A stretch of DNA of 64,000 bases from an uncultured virus (IMG/VR IMGVR_UViG_3300026095_000001) (IMGVR_UViG_3300026095_000001), one strand, 5' to 3'; numbered from the stretch's first letter, positions 35,594 to 44,914 are shown. Made by a program: numbers and translations. The notes: generated by a model not told the origin, from the letters alone.

Positions 35594-36010
35594 ATGTTAG
35601 CAGAAACTATTGTAGAAGAAATAACTGTCAGGGGCCATCGGTTCATCATAAAGAACCTGAAAGGCAATATCGAAGGTGCGCGTCCTGATTACATTGTGAC
35701 TAATCCGGGAGGCGGTTGGCATTGGCCGATCAAGCGCTTAAAGGAAGCGCGACCCATTTGCCGGAGATATATTAAGGGGAAATTGCCCATTCGGTATGTG
35801 GCGGAAATGGTAAAGATCATTCAAGAGGAGTGGCCGGGCTGTCAAGTAGTATGGGCTATGTCCGGAACGGCCTATATAAGGGTTATTGGGAAGATTGTGC
35901 GTGTATCCAATCACGATGTAAATCCAAAACGCGAAACTGTTCGCGCGGACGTTTATTTATTTGCAAAGCTATTTACCAAAATTGAAATTCTTGCTCTTAT
36001 AAAGGGTTAA
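35594..36010 (+). CDS. Hypothetical protein (SG.AY...VRVSNH motif)
   Basis: Start follows a tRNA-like element. Confidence 0.65.
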   Translation: MLAETIVEEITVRGHRFIIKNLKGNIEGARPDYIVTNPGGGWHWPIKRLKEARPICRRYIKGKLPIRYVAEMVKIIQEEWPGCQVVWAMSGTAYIRVIGKIVRVSNHDVNPKRETVRADVYLFAKLFTKIEILALIKG

Positions 36011-36062
36011 GCCCACGGCCGGATCATGCCCGGCTTAGAGCGCTCATCTAAATTGCAATCTT

Positions 36063-36284
36063 ATGTCACAGAAAGATTTATTATTCCGGGGGTATACCAA
36101 CTTCCAGGCATTCTATTTTGATCTTATGGTCAAGAGCCGTAGCGGCCCATTCAGCACGCAAGACATGTACCAAGAGCTGGAGAAGGCGCAACAGCGCGAA
36201 TGCCTGCTGTATCTCCTGGAGGAGGCCAAGGGGCACGACAAAGATGCGTTCAACGCACTGGAGGCCATTGCCGTGATCGTGTAA
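36063..36284 (+). CDS. Hypothetical protein
   Basis: Motif-preceded ATG. Confidence 0.7.
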   Translation: MSQKDLLFRGYTNFQAFYFDLMVKSRSGPFSTQDMYQELEKAQQRECLLYLLEEAKGHDKDAFNALEAIAVIV

Positions 36285-36294
36285 ACCATTTACC

Positions 36295-36582
36295 ATGAAT
36301 ATAGGAAAAGCGCTGGAGATCATCCGGAAAGAGAAAAAAGTCCGGCAAGTAGACGTGGCCGCCGCGGTCGGTATTACGCAGACGAGCTATTCGCAAATTG
36401 AGAATAGCCGAAAACGCCCACTGTATGCAACGCTGGAGGCAATAGCTAAGGCGTTGGATGTTTGTATTGTCGATATCTATCTATTGGCTTTGGAGCCGGA
36501 AGACTTCCCAGCGTCGCGGCGAGAAAAATACGACCTAATGTATCCGGCGGTCAAGGCGCTTATAAAAATTATTATTCGATAA
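36295..36582 (+). CDS. XRE-family HTH regulator
   Basis: IRKEKKVRQVDVAAAVGITQTSYSQIENSRKRP. Confidence 0.9.
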   Translation: MNIGKALEIIRKEKKVRQVDVAAAVGITQTSYSQIENSRKRPLYATLEAIAKALDVCIVDIYLLALEPEDFPASRREKYDLMYPAVKALIKIIIR

Positions 36583-36597
36583 CTTAATAAAAAGCAT

Positions 36598-37050
36598 ATG
36601 CACATCGTAGATTTAGTAGAGAAATATCAATGTCCCGGTTGTCATTATGGCAATGGGAAGGCAAGAATTTGTCCCCGGTTCAAAGTAGAGAAGATTGAAG
36701 AGGCACAGCGTTGCCAGAATCATTACCCGTCTACCTTTTTGGGAATTGATAAGAAGATTGTAGGCAGAATTTTTGAAGGATTGCCAAATGGATTCAACAG
36801 AGTTGGAGGAAACATAGGGGACCCGATGTATACAAACATATATCTTTTCGAAAAATTCGGAGAAAGCGGTTGGGGATACGATATGTTCAATGTTCCAGTT
36901 TGGAAGCATTTAACGAAAGAGGGCCATACCATCGTCAGAGTCATGATACCACGGATTAATCGGACAGATATTCACATCTATGCTGATAATTGCATAGAGA
37001 AGATAGATTGTCTCGAAATCACACAAGAGATGGTAAACGAAATGGACTAG
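36598..37050 (+). CDS. Phage hypothetical protein
   Basis: YQCPGC...GLPNGFNRVG...FNVPVWK...PRIN. Confidence 0.75.
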   Translation: MHIVDLVEKYQCPGCHYGNGKARICPRFKVEKIEEAQRCQNHYPSTFLGIDKKIVGRIFEGLPNGFNRVGGNIGDPMYTNIYLFEKFGESGWGYDMFNVPVWKHLTKEGHTIVRVMIPRINRTDIHIYADNCIEKIDCLEITQEMVNEMD

Positions 37051-37066
37051 GAATAATACAAATTAT

Positions 37067-37327
37067 ATGACAGCACGAAAACCGTTCACCGTAAAAGAGC
37101 TGGCCGAATATCTCGTTGCTACTTACCCCCCGGACATGCTGGTAGTAGGCGATGCTTACGAAGGGGGATTTAATGACCTTTGTTTCAAAGAGGAGGAAGT
37201 TGTCAATCGTGGTAGTAAGCGTTATTATGACGGCAAATATGAAAACTATGATCCTCGCTATCATTATGGGAAATTTATTCCTATCAAAGTAGTGGTCATT
37301 CACACCGCGCTCCGAGACGATAACTAA
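37067..37327 (+). CDS. Hypothetical protein
   Basis: TVKEL...PDMLVV...YEGG. Confidence 0.7.
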   Translation: MTARKPFTVKELAEYLVATYPPDMLVVGDAYEGGFNDLCFKEEEVVNRGSKRYYDGKYENYDPRYHYGKFIPIKVVVIHTALRDDN

Positions 37328-37394
37328 AATTTAGCACAGGAGGAAACACTACAACTTAGCTACATGATTTCACTAACACCTAAATAAAACATAT

Positions 37395-37697
37395 ATGCGA
37401 AAACGACACTTGATTACCCTGCTGTTATTTTTGAGCAGCCATGCGCACGCTCAGTCCGATACGATTCGGATAGATCACCAGACCTGCATTTTACGCCAGA
37501 AGCAAGGAGCCTGGGTACAGGTATGGGTACGAACAATGGATGAAAGGATTTTCGATGCCTTTCAAAGGCAAGAGGAAAAGACAATCATCTATACAGTGGT
37601 ATTATGGCCGGAACCAAAAATATTTAAGATCGCGTTCAAACCGATGTATTTGGAACAGGTAAAAGCGTGGTTGAAAGCTCAAAAAGGAAAACAATGA
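37395..37697 (+). CDS. Putative exported protein
   Basis: Signal-peptide-like MRKRHLITLLLFLSSHAHA-Q. Confidence 0.7.
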   Translation: MRKRHLITLLLFLSSHAHAQSDTIRIDHQTCILRQKQGAWVQVWVRTMDERIFDAFQRQEEKTIIYTVVLWPEPKIFKIAFKPMYLEQVKAWLKAQKGKQ

Positions 37698-37948
37698 GAA
37701 GGAAAAGAAAAAAAACAAGCGAATACCTTTTAGAAAAAGGGTTGGAACGAGCGAATTATGATCTCCCCCCTGCATTGATTGGTGATTTGGATAAGGCAGG
37801 GGCAGCTATAGGCATTTCTAAAAAAGAGATGGGAGAAGAGTTATTGAATTACCTCTATGAGCGAAGCAAGAAGGACTGGACCGCTGTTCTGAAGCTGGCG
37901 CAAGAACAGTTCGTGTCCAAAAAATTAAAGCCCTTTCGACAGGGGTAA
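37694..37948 (+). CDS. Hypothetical protein (possible ribbon-helix-helix)
   Basis: ATGA overlap; ANYDLPPALIGDLDKAGAAIGISK. Confidence 0.6.
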   Translation: MRRKRKKTSEYLLEKGLERANYDLPPALIGDLDKAGAAIGISKKEMGEELLNYLYERSKKDWTAVLKLAQEQFVSKKLKPFRQG

Positions 37949-37959
37949 AACAACGTTAA

Positions 37960-38325
37960 ATGGATATATTAAAAAACGCTCCCGTGTTGCAGGAAGCAAC
38001 ACGGGTCATGATCGCACTAGACTCGCCTGTGCGGCAGCAGATTCTGGCGCTGCTGATAGAGCATGGCGAGTTAACGGTTGGAAGCATGGTCACGCTGACG
38101 GCGCAAAGCTATTCCAACATTTCAAACCATCTCAATGTTTTGTACGAAAACGCGCTCGTGGATTATCGAGCTATCAAAACGCCCAGGGCAGGGCAACAGC
38201 CCATTAGTTACTTTACCGATGAGTCCATCCTGCAATCGGCCATTCGATGCGCAGAAATTCTGTGCAGCATTCGATGGCAGCGCAAGAAGGCAGCAGATGG
38301 GAAAGCCAAAAGGCGCAAGACATAG
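37960..38325 (+). CDS. ArsR-family winged-helix regulator
   Basis: ALDSPVRQQILALL...LTVG...SNISNHLNVL...LV. Confidence 0.85.
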   Translation: MDILKNAPVLQEATRVMIALDSPVRQQILALLIEHGELTVGSMVTLTAQSYSNISNHLNVLYENALVDYRAIKTPRAGQQPISYFTDESILQSAIRCAEILCSIRWQRKKAADGKAKRRKT

Positions 38326-38351
38326 TCTTGTGCCTTTTGGGGAGTGATGAA

Positions 38352-38927
38352 TTACCAGCCGTGGACCATTTTTTTCTTGCGGATCGTATCGTTGTAATCA
38401 ACCTTCGCTTTGGCGTTAGCCGACCAGCCGGGGCGTTGTACAGCAGCGAAAGGGTAACATACGAAGATCGGTTGCTCCGTCTGGTAATCATCGATGTGAA
38501 CATCATCCGGCGTTCGGAGGAATTGATCGTAATAGCGTTGATGAATGATGTAGCAATGAAAGCCAGCAGGGCGGTGACAAATGGCCAAATGATCAAATTG
38601 AGCTTGCTTCAGCGGTTCTACATGACCATAATGACCGCCCAGGTAAAGGTTATACTCAACAGTAGGAAGGTATTGGTTGAAATAAAACCATCCATCTGGT
38701 GCGGGGAAGTGAACGTCGTCCTCCAGCACACAAACCGATTCAAGTCCGTTGGTACGGGCATACTCCACGATGCGCTTATGGGCGCGGTTGATGGTGATCT
38801 TCGCCTCACCGGGTTCGGGATGGCCGAACCATATTTCATACTCCGTGATCCCCTGTCGGGTCACCTCGCTCATTACTTCTCCTAATTTATGCGGCTCTCG
38901 CGGGTCACTGATGATATGCACTTCCAT
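38352..38927 (-). CDS. Glycosyltransferase, GT25-like
   Basis: AHKRIV...VCVLEDDV...YLGG...GFHCYII...Q.PGWS. Confidence 0.75.
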   Translation of the reverse strand: MEVHIISDPREPHKLGEVMSEVTRQGITEYEIWFGHPEPGEAKITINRAHKRIVEYARTNGLESVCVLEDDVHFPAPDGWFYFNQYLPTVEYNLYLGGHYGHVEPLKQAQFDHLAICHRPAGFHCYIIHQRYYDQFLRTPDDVHIDDYQTEQPIFVCYPFAAVQRPGWSANAKAKVDYNDTIRKKKMVHGW

Positions 38928-39318
38928 GGTCGAATAATAATTGTTCAATCATTTCTTTAAGAACATCTCCATGGCACAGATAGGGGGCGCAGAAGCAAAC
39001 CAAAAAGATATCGTGCTTTGCCGCTGCCCGCACGAGCTGGTAGAAGGCTTTGTATTCCATTGTCCATTTATTAGATAGGGCATGAATCAGCCATTGCTTA
39101 TACTTCTTCACCGCCTCCTCTCTTGTCTCTACCCAATAGAGCGCCTTCCCTTTGTTTTCTTTCAAATCCATCTTTCGATGCGTATACGGATTGCCAAGCG
39201 GCGTTCCACGTCCGATGTAAAAATCCCATTTCGTGGGCGTGTGGGTACGTTTATTGACGACGGTGATCACAATAATACGCTTGTGAGGCAAAAAAACCGA
39301 AACAAACACCTGCCACAC
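38905..39318 (-). CDS. DUF4326-domain protein
   Basis: YIGRGTPLGNPY...REEAVKKY...LVCFCAP..CHGDVL. Confidence 0.85.
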   Translation of the reverse strand: MWQVFVSVFLPHKRIIVITVVNKRTHTPTKWDFYIGRGTPLGNPYTHRKMDLKENKGKALYWVETREEAVKKYKQWLIHALSNKWTMEYKAFYQLVRAAAKHDIFLVCFCAPYLCHGDVLKEMIEQLLFDHGSAYHQ

Positions 39319-39417
39319 ATGAGTGCCACGTTGGCAAGTTGACTATAACCGCCATGACCGCCCAACCCAAGTTGAGACCGGCAAGGAAACAATAGAAATA
39401 GAAATCTTTTTTCGTCC

Positions 39418-40611
39418 TCATATGAATTTATATTTGCCCAACGTTACACCTTTCCATCGCTCAAAGTCATACACATTGCTTACAGCTGTCGTTTGCGGGT
39501 ATCCCTCGATGATAAGATCACATCGGTATCGAAACCTATTGAGTGCGTCCTGGAGGTGATATACGTACTCGGCTTCGGGCTCCGTATCGTGTACGATAAG
39601 CACGGTGTACTTGGCTGCATATTCCTTTAGGTAAACCGCGCGTTCCTCTCCAGGGGCGCAATCAATGAACAAGATGCTCGAATGTAAATCCAGTTGCTGC
39701 GTAAGAATTTTATGATAGTCCTGCGGCACATAGTAAGTGATCATAGGAAAACGATCCGCCCATTCTGGATTGGTTTCATAGGACAGAAATTCCCGGCCTT
39801 GCAGATCGCAGTACCGTTCTAGGATAGGGGTGCTGCCGTATCCAGAACCCAGCTCCACGACCAACCCCGGCTTAATATGCTCCAGGGCCATCCACAGCAT
39901 GGGCTTGTGCGACTCATACTCGTTGTCAACCCACAAGATGTTGGGTATATAGCGCCCGCCACCCCATATCTTTTTTTCTTGTTTATATATCTGCCAAAAT
40001 CCCGTCTTCCAGGGACGCGCGTCGTTCGCCCGCGATGGCTCCACGTATAGATGTGCCTCCCATGGATTAAGCAGGCGGCTCCCCATGATGCTATCCCACA
40101 CACCTTCCTGATCCCAATTATCACAGATGATGATCCCGCCATCCTTAATCTTCGTCAATGCTGCTGCGATACATTCGTCTCTGTATGATCCATCGACAAT
40201 GATGAGATCGAATTCTCCTTCTATCTCATAGATCGCGTTGACATACCAGCTTTTCAACTCTACCTCACCAGGAATGACGGGTCGGTAAAGAATATTGCCG
40301 ACAAAATCACTTCCTTCATAATGGTAATAGCCCAGGGGACCCTCTGGGAACACTGGCGAGATAACCCCCCTTCTTTGCCTAACCTCATCGTAAATTCCAT
40401 CTATCCATTTTCCATCACATTCCACGGTATAGAGTTCTTTCGCATGATGGGCAAACCACAGACTGGAATGCCCGCCCCCATATTCGAATACGCGTTTATC
40501 CTCCAGCCGCCATGTGGTTAATACATCGAGCATGGGCTTGGTGAACCAGGGGAATATCAGCCCACAGCGTTCATCCAGGTATTGCGTATCGTTCATTGGG
40601 GGGAGTGGCAT
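39418..40611 (-). CDS. Tandem class I SAM-methyltransferase-like protein
   Basis: Two units: VFEYGGGHSS...FDLIIVDG..R and VVELGSGYGST...LFIDCAP...VHDTE. Confidence 0.8.
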   Translation of the reverse strand: MPLPPMNDTQYLDERCGLIFPWFTKPMLDVLTTWRLEDKRVFEYGGGHSSLWFAHHAKELYTVECDGKWIDGIYDEVRQRRGVISPVFPEGPLGYYHYEGSDFVGNILYRPVIPGEVELKSWYVNAIYEIEGEFDLIIVDGSYRDECIAAALTKIKDGGIIICDNWDQEGVWDSIMGSRLLNPWEAHLYVEPSRANDARPWKTGFWQIYKQEKKIWGGGRYIPNILWVDNEYESHKPMLWMALEHIKPGLVVELGSGYGSTPILERYCDLQGREFLSYETNPEWADRFPMITYYVPQDYHKILTQQLDLHSSILFIDCAPGEERAVYLKEYAAKYTVLIVHDTEPEAEYVYHLQDALNRFRYRCDLIIEGYPQTTAVSNVYDFERWKGVTLGKYKFI

Positions 40612-40725
40612 GGCTTTACTTTAGTTTGTGATAGAAAGCGGACCGTGTCTTTTTTTCTTGGCCCATACCCAATAACGCAGCCTCATGATAAAGGGACCTG
40701 CTCGCTGCCGCCGCAGACCCCTCTT

Positions 40726-40926
40726 CTAAAAAGCCGATATCGGGATTTGAATCTGTTCGGTCATCCCTTTATACTCATCGGGAATTTGTGTTGCCGCCGC
40801 GATGAGTACTTGTTGTTCGCTGGCGGCTATCATGCTAGTGATGTCCAGCAGAATTTTCGGCTTGATACCTTGCTTACTTTCTTCGCTGTTGGGAAGCCAA
40901 AGGATGGCATACTGAAATAGTTTCAT
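40726..40926 (-). CDS. Small phage protein
   Basis: LFQYAILW.P...AA.QIPDEY. Confidence 0.7.
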   Translation of the reverse strand: MKLFQYAILWLPNSEESKQGIKPKILLDITSMIAASEQQVLIAAATQIPDEYKGMTEQIQIPISAF

Positions 40927-40943
40927 ATACGTTGAATTATTGG

Positions 40944-41072
40944 TTACAAGTTATTTTTCCGAAGCTCCTCAACGATTTGCTGTAAGAGCTGAACCGTTGA
41001 TTCCAAAATAAGACAGATAGCAAATAGAAGAATAAAAACAGCCGCATAAAAGAACAAGGTCACAACAGGCAT
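40944..41072 (-). CDS. Small membrane protein (42 aa)
   Basis: MPVVTLFFYAAVFILLFAICLILE... Confidence 0.5.
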   Translation of the reverse strand: MPVVTLFFYAAVFILLFAICLILESTVQLLQQIVEELRKNNL

Positions 41073-41088
41073 ATGCTTGAATTATTGT

Positions 41089-41928
41089 TTACTGGTTATT
41101 TTGCTTTGACAATACCATGAGATTCGTGAACTCCACACAGTATTCTTCCATCCATGAATGATCTTTGTCCGGATACATCGTGGCGAAAAGCTGCTGAATC
41201 TTCTCAAAATTGTCGGGCGTGTAACCAGGCCGGGGAAGATGGGCGTCCAGGATGTCCGGCGAGACATGCCAGCCATCGCGATCCGCGCGACGGGTAGCGA
41301 ACTGCGTCCCCGGCTGGGCGCGCATGTGCCGAACTATAGGGTATGGGCTAGAGGTAATGGCCTTATAGGCTGTCTCCTGATCCTTCGCCCAGTAGTTCCC
41401 CCGAAAATGCTCTGCCTGGAGGTCACCCAGGAGCTCATCGACGCATTGCTGCGACGTGCGAATACCGATGTCCATGAAGCTGCGCCAGCCTACGACCGGT
41501 GAAGCGATGTAACACATAGGGACCTGTCCCTCCGGTACCAGATCAGCACCGACGATGTTAATAGCGCCGTTGTAATCAAATTGGTGCCAATAGTCCGCAT
41601 TGAACACGCACATATCAGCGTCGGAAGTGATCAGCACATCGGCATCCGGCGCGGGAACAGCCGCCGCATATAAGCGAATGCATTGCGCGTAGGTTGTTAT
41701 CTTCTCCTCGGGAGCTACAAATCTCCGTATTAGCATATCGGGCGCCATTTTCTTCGCCACGCCTAGCGCGAATTCTAACCGAAAAATTTGGCCCCGTGCG
41801 CCATCATAATTATCCAATGGCACATACACGATGCATTCCACGCCTACCAGATGCCAGCTGTAAACGGCAAAAGGCAAATTGAAGGAATACAAATCATTCG
41901 CTGTGCAGCTCAGTATCGCTTTCATCAT
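41089..41928 (-). CDS. Putative glycosyltransferase (GT-A, DxD)
   Basis: AQCIRLYAA...LITSDADM...W.KDQ...DAHLPRP. Confidence 0.6.
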   Translation of the reverse strand: MMKAILSCTANDLYSFNLPFAVYSWHLVGVECIVYVPLDNYDGARGQIFRLEFALGVAKKMAPDMLIRRFVAPEEKITTYAQCIRLYAAAVPAPDADVLITSDADMCVFNADYWHQFDYNGAINIVGADLVPEGQVPMCYIASPVVGWRSFMDIGIRTSQQCVDELLGDLQAEHFRGNYWAKDQETAYKAITSSPYPIVRHMRAQPGTQFATRRADRDGWHVSPDILDAHLPRPGYTPDNFEKIQQLFATMYPDKDHSWMEEYCVEFTNLMVLSKQNNQ

Positions 41929-42136
41929 CGGCTTGGTTTTTTAGCTGTGTCTTAACTCGTTTAAGCTTATTACCGGACAACTTATGGAAGGCATAGATTG
42001 CCGTCCATGCCCGAATGTCATACTGCCCGTCACTACCAACGCGCGTGTGCGGGTTTTCCAATTCGAAGCGCACTTGATCCCCTTCCTCCAACACACGGAT
42101 AACAAATTCATTTTCTTTCAGGATAATCTGATTCAT
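41894..42136 (-). CDS. Hypothetical protein
   Basis: ORF in operon. Confidence 0.55.
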   Translation of the reverse strand: MNQIILKENEFVIRVLEEGDQVRFELENPHTRVGSDGQYDIRAWTAIYAFHKLSGNKLKRVKTQLKNQADDESDTELHSE

Positions 42137-42823
42137 CTATAGTCCTTGAATAAAGAATAAACACTTTTGCGCATTGTAGGGCGTCTGGTAGTACGCTACA
42201 AAATCCTCGTCTTCTCCAGCATGCTTGACCCCCATCGATCGTAACACCACACTGGCCGCGCTCTGATCCTGGCGAGCGAACAAAAATAGCGGGTGCGCAC
42301 TATCTTGCACATTGTGTGTTCGATGGCCCGCGAAGAGCCCAGCATCGCATGCCGCTTGCCAACCGGTATAGAATTCATTACCACGCGGGTTGTCCATGTT
42401 GATGCCCACCGCACCCGTGGCAAACTCTGGTACTTCCTGCAACGCTTCACGCGCAAGACCATAAAACGCCAATAGTCTGTCCGGTGCGGTTTGCGCCAGC
42501 GAATAACCAGACTTGAAGAAATATAAACCATGCTCGTTGATGTAATCAAACAAGGGCATAGGATTAGCAATCGCCCAGAAGGACGCGTCCAACCAAAGGA
42601 CATTCTTATACCCTCGGCGGAAAGCTTCCGCGAAGGCATAAGGCTTGAAAGCATAGGGATTGTCGGAAAGAGACGGACAGCCTGGAGGATATTCATCCCT
42701 CCAAAACAGCATGTCTCCAGGATAGCCGTGAAAAATCAGGGACCGTTCGAGCCGGTCTACGCCTTTGCTATACCAGTGGCCGATGCCACAGGAGATGATC
42801 AGCGGCTTGTTAATTAGTTCCAT
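42137..42823 (-). CDS. Putative glycosyltransferase (GT-A)
   Basis: PYAFKP...VLWLDAS...RQDQSAASV. Confidence 0.7.
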   Translation of the reverse strand: MELINKPLIISCGIGHWYSKGVDRLERSLIFHGYPGDMLFWRDEYPPGCPSLSDNPYAFKPYAFAEAFRRGYKNVLWLDASFWAIANPMPLFDYINEHGLYFFKSGYSLAQTAPDRLLAFYGLAREALQEVPEFATGAVGINMDNPRGNEFYTGWQAACDAGLFAGHRTHNVQDSAHPLFLFARQDQSAASVVLRSMGVKHAGEDEDFVAYYQTPYNAQKCLFFIQGL

Positions 42824-42853
42824 GACAATAATACAACTTTTTCAATAATTGTT

Positions 42854-43543
42854 TCATTTATTTTCTGAAACATCAAAATCTTTGTGGAAGCCGTACCGCT
42901 CGGTAAATGGACTGGAGGTATGCTGGTAATAATAGAGCGGTTTTGGGATATGTACTTCTGTTGTCAGCAATGGCTTAACGAGCCGGCTCCAGGCATGATC
43001 TTCCCCGAACCGGGTGGGAGGCACGGGCACTTGTTGGCAGATGCTGGTCAGGATCGGCGTCTTAAAGAAAGGTGTGCGAACGTAATCATAGCCATCCTGC
43101 TTCTCGCCCCAATCTACGTACTTCAGGCTGAAGTTGCTGCGCTTCTCCACGCCATCGATGATCACCTTTTCCTCGAAGGTGACACAATCCGGACCTTTTT
43201 CAATCGCCTCCAGGATCAGCGGGATCGCGTATTGGTGTATGTTATCATCATCGTCTATCTGCCAGGAGTACGTCCCTTTGGCGATATCATATAAGCGCTG
43301 CCGCTTTAATCCGATCGGCATTTCTTTGTTGTCGCGGATAGCAGTAACATGTACTTGGTCGTGCAAGTCATGCAGATCAAGAATGTTTTTTAGATGGGCG
43401 CAAAGATACTCAAACTGTTCGCTCCGCTCCAGGATCGTAGGAATCAAAATAGAGAGGAGCGGGCGCGCCACACTCTCATGCGCGAAATATACTTTTTCGC
43501 CGTCAGACATTACCAACGGCAAATTACTTATGATCGACTCCAT
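42854..43543 (-). CDS. Glycosyltransferase family 2
   Basis: LSILIPT...GLKRQ...AKGTY..QIDDDD...GEDHAW...LYYY. Confidence 0.85.
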   Translation of the reverse strand: MESIISNLPLVMSDGEKVYFAHESVARPLLSILIPTILERSEQFEYLCAHLKNILDLHDLHDQVHVTAIRDNKEMPIGLKRQRLYDIAKGTYSWQIDDDDNIHQYAIPLILEAIEKGPDCVTFEEKVIIDGVEKRSNFSLKYVDWGEKQDGYDYVRTPFFKTPILTSICQQVPVPPTRFGEDHAWSRLVKPLLTTEVHIPKPLYYYQHTSSPFTERYGFHKDFDVSENK

Positions 43544-44246
43544 CTAAATAGAAATTATGCGCTTGGCGAATTTTAAAATTTAATTCATCCTCTTCCCAAA
43601 AAGTCTGTTGTCGACGATACTGTTCATCCCATTGCGCTAAACCATAGGCCGGATGCAGGTGGTCGAAAATCTGGATGCCCATGTATACATAACAGCCTCG
43701 CAATTTAGCCACCTCCATCGCTTCGTTATCACACCACAAGGATTTATAACTCGGATGGTAGATGTACCCATCGCGCTCGAAATAGGCTCTGTCCATGATG
43801 GACATCGTAGCCAGCATATTTTTGGCGGTCGAATCCGGATAGTGAAGGAACTTATCCGGACCATTGCAGCGAAACCCTTCGCGGATCAGCTCATCCCAGC
43901 CATAGACGGTGAAGCGCATATCATCGGAAAAGTTGACCAGGATGTCCCAGGGAATGGTGTCGGGCACCTTGCGATTGATGGCATCTATTTTTGATACAGA
44001 ATTTCCAGGATCATAGATTATGTTCATCGCCGTGGGCGTGTGGCGAAAGCAAAATTCCGCTGTACGTGCTCTGAAATCGTGTGCGAATTCATCTCCCCCT
44101 TCATCAAAGATCGTCGCATCGTTTCTGTCCAAACAACAGAAAACAGTTAGCAGCTCTGGCCGCGCCACTAAGCTATAGATACTGTCCAGCCCCTCGAAAA
44201 AACGTCCCGGTCGGGACCGGGACGCAAATTTCACCAGGATACGCAT
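43524..44246 (-). CDS. Glycosyltransferase, GT2-like
   Basis: KFASRSRP...SKIDAINR...WDILVNFSDDM...YKSLWCDNE...HLHP. Confidence 0.75.
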   Translation of the reverse strand: MRILVKFASRSRPGRFFEGLDSIYSLVARPELLTVFCCLDRNDATIFDEGGDEFAHDFRARTAEFCFRHTPTAMNIIYDPGNSVSKIDAINRKVPDTIPWDILVNFSDDMRFTVYGWDELIREGFRCNGPDKFLHYPDSTAKNMLATMSIMDRAYFERDGYIYHPSYKSLWCDNEAMEVAKLRGCYVYMGIQIFDHLHPAYGLAQWDEQYRRQQTFWEEDELNFKIRQAHNFYLDGVDHK

Positions 44247-44644
44247 TACATATCGAGTTTGTCGGTATCGAAACGGCTTTTATACGAAACCTGTGTTACC
44301 TGTTCGGGATGACTGTCGCCGAATGTCACGTATTCGCCAAGTGTAGGCTCATCGGTGGGCTGTTCTGGGGCAGAAAGAGGCGTTACCGGACGGGTATGGT
44401 ACGTCTTTTTCATGGGCGTAGCAGGCTCAAGCTCATCGCCATTTTTTATAAACAATAGCGCCAGCTTTGCCTCCCGGATGGTGACGCCAGCCGCCTGCCC
44501 TGGCTGATGCAGCATAGCAAATACGCTATGTCGTAAGTCTTGGTCAGACGTACTAGAGGGTAGGTTCCCGTTGACTTTCGGTTCTCTTGGTTGACGCGGC
44601 TTGCGGGTTTTTCTTTTCGCAGTGCGTCGGGTTGTTTTAGCCAT
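44246..44644 (-). CDS. Hypothetical protein with basic N-terminus
   Basis: TAATG overlap with the downstream glycosyltransferase. Confidence 0.55.
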   Translation of the reverse strand: MAKTTRRTAKRKTRKPRQPREPKVNGNLPSSTSDQDLRHSVFAMLHQPGQAAGVTIREAKLALLFIKNGDELEPATPMKKTYHTRPVTPLSAPEQPTDEPTLGEYVTFGDSHPEQVTQVSYKSRFDTDKLDM

Positions 44645-44664
44645 ATATGTGTGTTGTTAAGAAA

Positions 44665-44910
44665 TTACAAAGAGGTACGCGGGACGACGGGTTCGAAATG
44701 CAGATAATAGTCTTTACCGATTTCGAAAAAGGTAGCGGCTTTTGTCCCCATATCGACGCCCATGCTGAGCTGTCCGTAAGGTGTGGCGTGGGAGTAGTCG
44801 GCATTTTCACCTTCTTTGCTATAAACAGCATTGAAGTAAAGAGTGGCGGTCGCCTCCGGCATGTACTGATTGGGGACGATCGCATTACAGGTAAAACGCG
44901 CTTTTATCAT
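44665..44910 (-). CDS. Phage hypothetical protein
   Basis: ARF.C...ENADYSHATPYG.L.M.VD....FE.GKDYY. Confidence 0.75.
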   Translation of the reverse strand: MIKARFTCNAIVPNQYMPEATATLYFNAVYSKEGENADYSHATPYGQLSMGVDMGTKAATFFEIGKDYYLHFEPVVPRTSL

Positions 44911-44914
44911 AAGG

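Larger units (their letters stand above)
23864..36041 (+). repeat. Dispersed family of ~11 mini-tRNA-like intergenic structures
   Basis: Copies at 23864-23947, 24453-24505, 24824-24872, 25825-25869, 26389-26440, 27236-27285, 28117-28160, 29682-29730, 34282-34327, 35534-35578, 35993-36041. Confidence 0.7.
24877..36058 (+). promoter_or_regulatory. ATCTAAATTGCAA motif 3-5 nt upstream of early-gene ATGs
   Basis: Exact copies at 24877, 25874, 26445, 27290, 27753, 28165, 29735, 36046; variant at 30300. Confidence 0.85.

Noticed and set aside
38247..38885. 212-aa plus-strand ORF and similar long antisense ORFs (16126..16719, 50007..50759)
   Set aside because: They lie opposite genes with clear motifs and show no recognisable features.
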